Source: Dehalococcoidales bacterium
GTDB lineage: Bacteria; Chloroflexota; Dehalococcoidia; Dehalococcoidales; UBA2162
Direction of reading: 5' to 3'
Assembly (NCBI GenBank): GCA_037440885.1
Contig: JBBITI010000018.1
Location: 1-50,564 of the forward strand
DNA: 50,564 nucleotides
This document shows positions 47,546 through 50,564 of the stretch, piece by piece (the first letter of the stretch is position 1; every line of letters starts with the position of its first letter). Position numbers and translations under genes: made by a program. The notes under the pieces were generated by a model. That model made no database searches, was not told the origin of the DNA, and worked only from the letters and a program-made list of their open reading frames with translations.

Positions 47546-49591
47546 TTATTCCTGGATTCGAGTAGCTACCGGCCGGTTGCCAGAGCGGCGCCCGAGCCAG
47601 AAGGCGAAGAGCAGGACTATCAAAGCACCCAGTCCGATCATCGTCCATAACGCCCATAACGGCAGGACGGAACCGACAGCAAATGTCCAGATGTTCGACC
47701 AGTTGCCTTCATTGCCCGCATTGTCCACCGCCCTGACCCGCCAGTAATACGGCGCATCCTTCTTGGTGGCTTTTAATGTCTCGCCTTTGAGCAAAGAGTA
47801 TTCAGGGGTGGTTAAACCGGTTTTTTCCACCACGATCGTGCCGGGACTGAAGCCGACGCTGGTGGCGATCTGGAATTCGTAGGTTAACCCGCTGGGGTCC
47901 GAAACCGGATTCCAGGTGTATTTGCCCTGGGCCTTATACCGCTTTCCGGTCTGCGGTTCCAGCAACGTCGGTACGGGCGGCGCCACCCCCTCCATGTAAT
48001 AGCTTAACGGCAGGGTGATCGTCCCGTCGCTTACAATTATCGTATGCGCACCGCTGCGGCTGGCAGGAGCTTTAAAAATCACCGAGAAATTGGAATCCGC
48101 CCCGACAGCCCCCGTCGCCACCTGTTTACCGCCGTAAGTGACTGTCAGTGTTGCCCCGGCTTTAAAGCCGACCCCGCTGACCGTAACCGTGGCTCCCACG
48201 TAACCCGGCGACGATGCAGAAGTCGGTGTGATCGTGGCACTGGTGGTTACATTGAAATTTACTTCCTGGGTGTTCAAGCCGTCGCTTACCCGGATTTTGT
48301 AATTTCCCGCCTGGCGGGCCGGTGCTTCAAATGTGCTTGTAAAGGCGCCCAGAGAATTGGTGCTCGCCGTCCCTACGGGAGTGTTATCAAAGGTCAACGT
48401 TATCGCTGAATTAGCCAGGAATCCGTTACCGTTCAGGGTGATCCGTGTTCCCACATATCCGCTGTTCGGCGACAGAGCAACGCTGGAAGTAACTTTGAAA
48501 CTGGCAGTCGAATTATTGATACTGTCGGCTGCCCTCAACGTGCGTTCACCCGCTCCGATGGCGGGAATGCTGACCGTGGCGGTAAACCGGCCGAGGCTGT
48601 CGCTGGTAATCCCTCCAGAACCGATTGCCGTGTTGTCCAGGGTCAGGCTAATCGTCTCGCTTGCCCGGAAACCATTGCCCGTGACCGTAACCTGAGTACC
48701 GACCGGTCCGGTCGCCGGGGTGATGGTAATCCCCGAAGTAACGCTGATGGTTGCCGTCTGGAAATTGCCCACGGCATCCTGGGCTCTGATGACATGCGAT
48801 CCCGAGGTTGTCGCCGGTATCGCAAAATTCGTGATCGTAAATCCGCCGAAGGCATCGGAAGATGTGCTGGCCACCGAGGCGTCGTCGAAATAGATGGTTG
48901 TCCCGGAGTTAGCCGCATATCCGGTACCGGTTAAGGTGAGCGCGGTTTTCACGGGACCGGACGTCGGGCTCACCGTAAGCTTGGGCAGGATGGTAAACAT
49001 GGTAGTAGCCTGTAGAAACGAAGCTACGTCATACGCCGCGAACGTATGATATCCCTGCGTGCCGCGCGGGATGGTGAAACTGGTCGAAAACATGCCGTAG
49101 GCATTTGCTGTGGTCGTTAGCTGGATGACTGAATCCAGGTAGATGGTTACCGAGTTGCTAGCGGTGAAGCCGGTCCCGGTGATCGTGATCTGGTCGCCCA
49201 CGTTGCCGGTTATTGTGCTCAAGGTCATTCCCGGTATCACCGTAAACGTGCGTGCCGCACTTGTTTCGCTGCCCACGGTCACCCAGACGTAATAGGTACC
49301 TCTCCCTACCGTAGGCACGCTGAAGGGAATACTGGTAAAGTTGCCGGTGGCCGTCGAACCTCCGCCGTAAGTATAAGCGCCGGATGTAGTATAACTGCTG
49401 TTAAAATATATCGTGATCGTCCCGACGGGAAATCCCGTACCGCTCAGATACACGACCTGGCCGCTTGTGCCGCTGGCAGGACTGGGCACACCCAGTGTCC
49501 CGGCCGCGAAAGCCGGAATCACCGGCAGCATTCCAACAATCAGGGCCATCGCCAACGCCGTCCCCAATATCCGGAGGAACTTCTTTCGCAT
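47546..49591 (-). CDS. secreted, membrane-anchored Ig-like (IPT/TIG-type) repeat surface protein
   Basis: Signal peptide ending PAFA; 5-6 repeats of about 82 aa (P.SG.VG..IT.TG.GF...G.F...F.IP...G.H.I.A.D); Fn3-like unit (YYWRVRAVD.AGN.G.WS); C-terminal TM followed by RR. Confidence 0.85.
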   Translation of the reverse strand: MRKKFLRILGTALAMALIVGMLPVIPAFAAGTLGVPSPASGTSGQVVYLSGTGFPVGTITIYFNSSYTTSGAYTYGGGSTATGNFTSIPFSVPTVGRGTYYVWVTVGSETSAARTFTVIPGMTLSTITGNVGDQITITGTGFTASNSVTIYLDSVIQLTTTANAYGMFSTSFTIPRGTQGYHTFAAYDVASFLQATTMFTILPKLTVSPTSGPVKTALTLTGTGYAANSGTTIYFDDASVASTSSDAFGGFTITNFAIPATTSGSHVIRAQDAVGNFQTATISVTSGITITPATGPVGTQVTVTGNGFRASETISLTLDNTAIGSGGITSDSLGRFTATVSIPAIGAGERTLRAADSINNSTASFKVTSSVALSPNSGYVGTRITLNGNGFLANSAITLTFDNTPVGTASTNSLGAFTSTFEAPARQAGNYKIRVSDGLNTQEVNFNVTTSATITPTSASSPGYVGATVTVSGVGFKAGATLTVTYGGKQVATGAVGADSNFSVIFKAPASRSGAHTIIVSDGTITLPLSYYMEGVAPPVPTLLEPQTGKRYKAQGKYTWNPVSDPSGLTYEFQIATSVGFSPGTIVVEKTGLTTPEYSLLKGETLKATKKDAPYYWRVRAVDNAGNEGNWSNIWTFAVGSVLPLWALWTMIGLGALIVLLFAFWLGRRSGNRPVATRIQE

Positions 49592-49809
49592 AATTTCGCA
49601 CCTCCAAACAAAAATTAAGATATGCTCTTTGAGCTTAATATTAGTCCTGTATCTTGCGTGGTGTCAATATCCATGCGCCTTTTTGACCGTCAGTATTATC
49701 ATTCTTCTGAACAATTCAATGCTGGTACCAATGATTGACCATATTATATTAACGAAAAATTAGCCGCCTGGTTAGGTCTTGAATGAAATCTTGTTCACCA
49801 TTGCCTGAG

Positions 49810-50410
49810 TCATGGCTTCTGCCATCGCACGGCGACAAAAGCACCGCCTTCCGGTTGTTTCAAACAGCTCTCCGCTTCCACGCATAATGCTTCCTGCACA
49901 TCGTCCTCTTTTTGAAAATGCACCACGCTGCGTGAGATTCCGGGGTATGGGACCAGCCCCAGCAAATCCGGCCCGCTCCGGTAGAACGCATTTTCCAGGA
50001 TATGCCTTTCCCCTCTTGTTGCCTTTTCCCGGCGGCGGGCTGCCCACGAGCTCCTACTGTTCAATGTCGCAACTACGACCACGCCCCCCGGCCGGGTCAC
50101 CCGGAACAGTTCCCAGATCGCTTGCCCGGCATCAGCAATGAATTCCAGAGCGGTTATCGAGACGGTCTTGTCGAAATGATTATCCCGGAAAGGCAGGTGT
50201 TGCATATCCGCCTGGACCGCATGAAACGGGCTCGTCGCGGTTTTCCGGCGCGCTCCCTGTAACATCGACCTTGAAATGTCCAACCCGATGATTTTAGCTC
50301 CGGCTGCCAGAAAATCAGTGGTAAATATTCCCGTGCCGCAACCGGCATCGAGTATTATTTCCCCCGGCGCCGGTTGTACAAAATCATTGATCAGCGAACT
50401 CTCCACCTGG
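49810..50410 (-). CDS. class I SAM-dependent methyltransferase, 5' end missing
   Basis: [30 protein letters not shown]; the upstream sequence switches to an unrelated gene. Confidence 0.85.
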
Positions 50411-50563
50411 CGTGTCGCCGGCGCGGCTCTTCAGCGGTTTGCGGTCCGCGCCGAGCACCGTGCCGAACATAACGTGGTCGAGGCGCACGTCGCGTCCGGC
50501 CCAACCGGCGGCCCGCGCGGTCGCGAAGAGCATCTGAAAGTGCTGCTTCTGCCGCGCATCCGT
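50411..50563 (-). other. argS: internal fragment of arginyl-tRNA synthetase, out of context
   Basis: Translated by hand: [51 protein letters not shown], the ArgRS region leading to the KMSKS-equivalent loop. Confidence 0.8.
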
Positions 50564-50564
50564 C

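Noticed and set aside
1-50564. CRISPR arrays, rRNA genes, IS transposases, reductive dehalogenase genes, selenocysteine/pyrrolysine recoding
   Set aside because: None seen by eye. The only in-frame stop found within a gene is TAA, not TGA or TAG.

Overview
A 50.6 kb bacterial chromosomal segment, most consistent with Chloroflexota class Dehalococcoidia (inferred from the str operon lacking tuf, the S12 insertion and the gene neighbourhoods; not database-confirmed). From left to right: (1) 1-3083, the right end of a compact phage-like structural gene cluster (adaptor-like, 2-TM, Asp-box/baseplate-hub-like gene broken by one in-frame TAA, small OB-fold spike-like gene) with no integrase or att site, followed by an apparently leaderless Xre repressor and a GGCT-family gene with altered catalytic motifs; (2) an AT-rich type II R-M pair; (3) the str-S10-spc-alpha-L13/S9 ribosomal superoperon (6383-26341), in which adk has no canonical start codon; (4) tsaA, an endonuclease III-like gene and an acyl-CoA cluster with a B12 mutase carrying isobutyryl-CoA-mutase signature residues; (5) an AT-rich accessory block (AraC-GyrI, MazEF-like pair, DUF2795, Hsp20, MerR/HspR) beside tRNA-Val(GAC), with a displaced copy of the tRNA 3' end; (6) DUF47-PiT, gmk, remA, ribD-ribE-ribBA-ribH, an EF-Tu-domain-II-like small protein, hom, an Ig-repeat surface protein and a methyltransferase whose 5' end is replaced by an unrelated argS fragment (probable chimeric contig end). 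G/C strand skew appears to reverse across about 30-39 kb. All calls come from reading motifs by eye; no searches were run.
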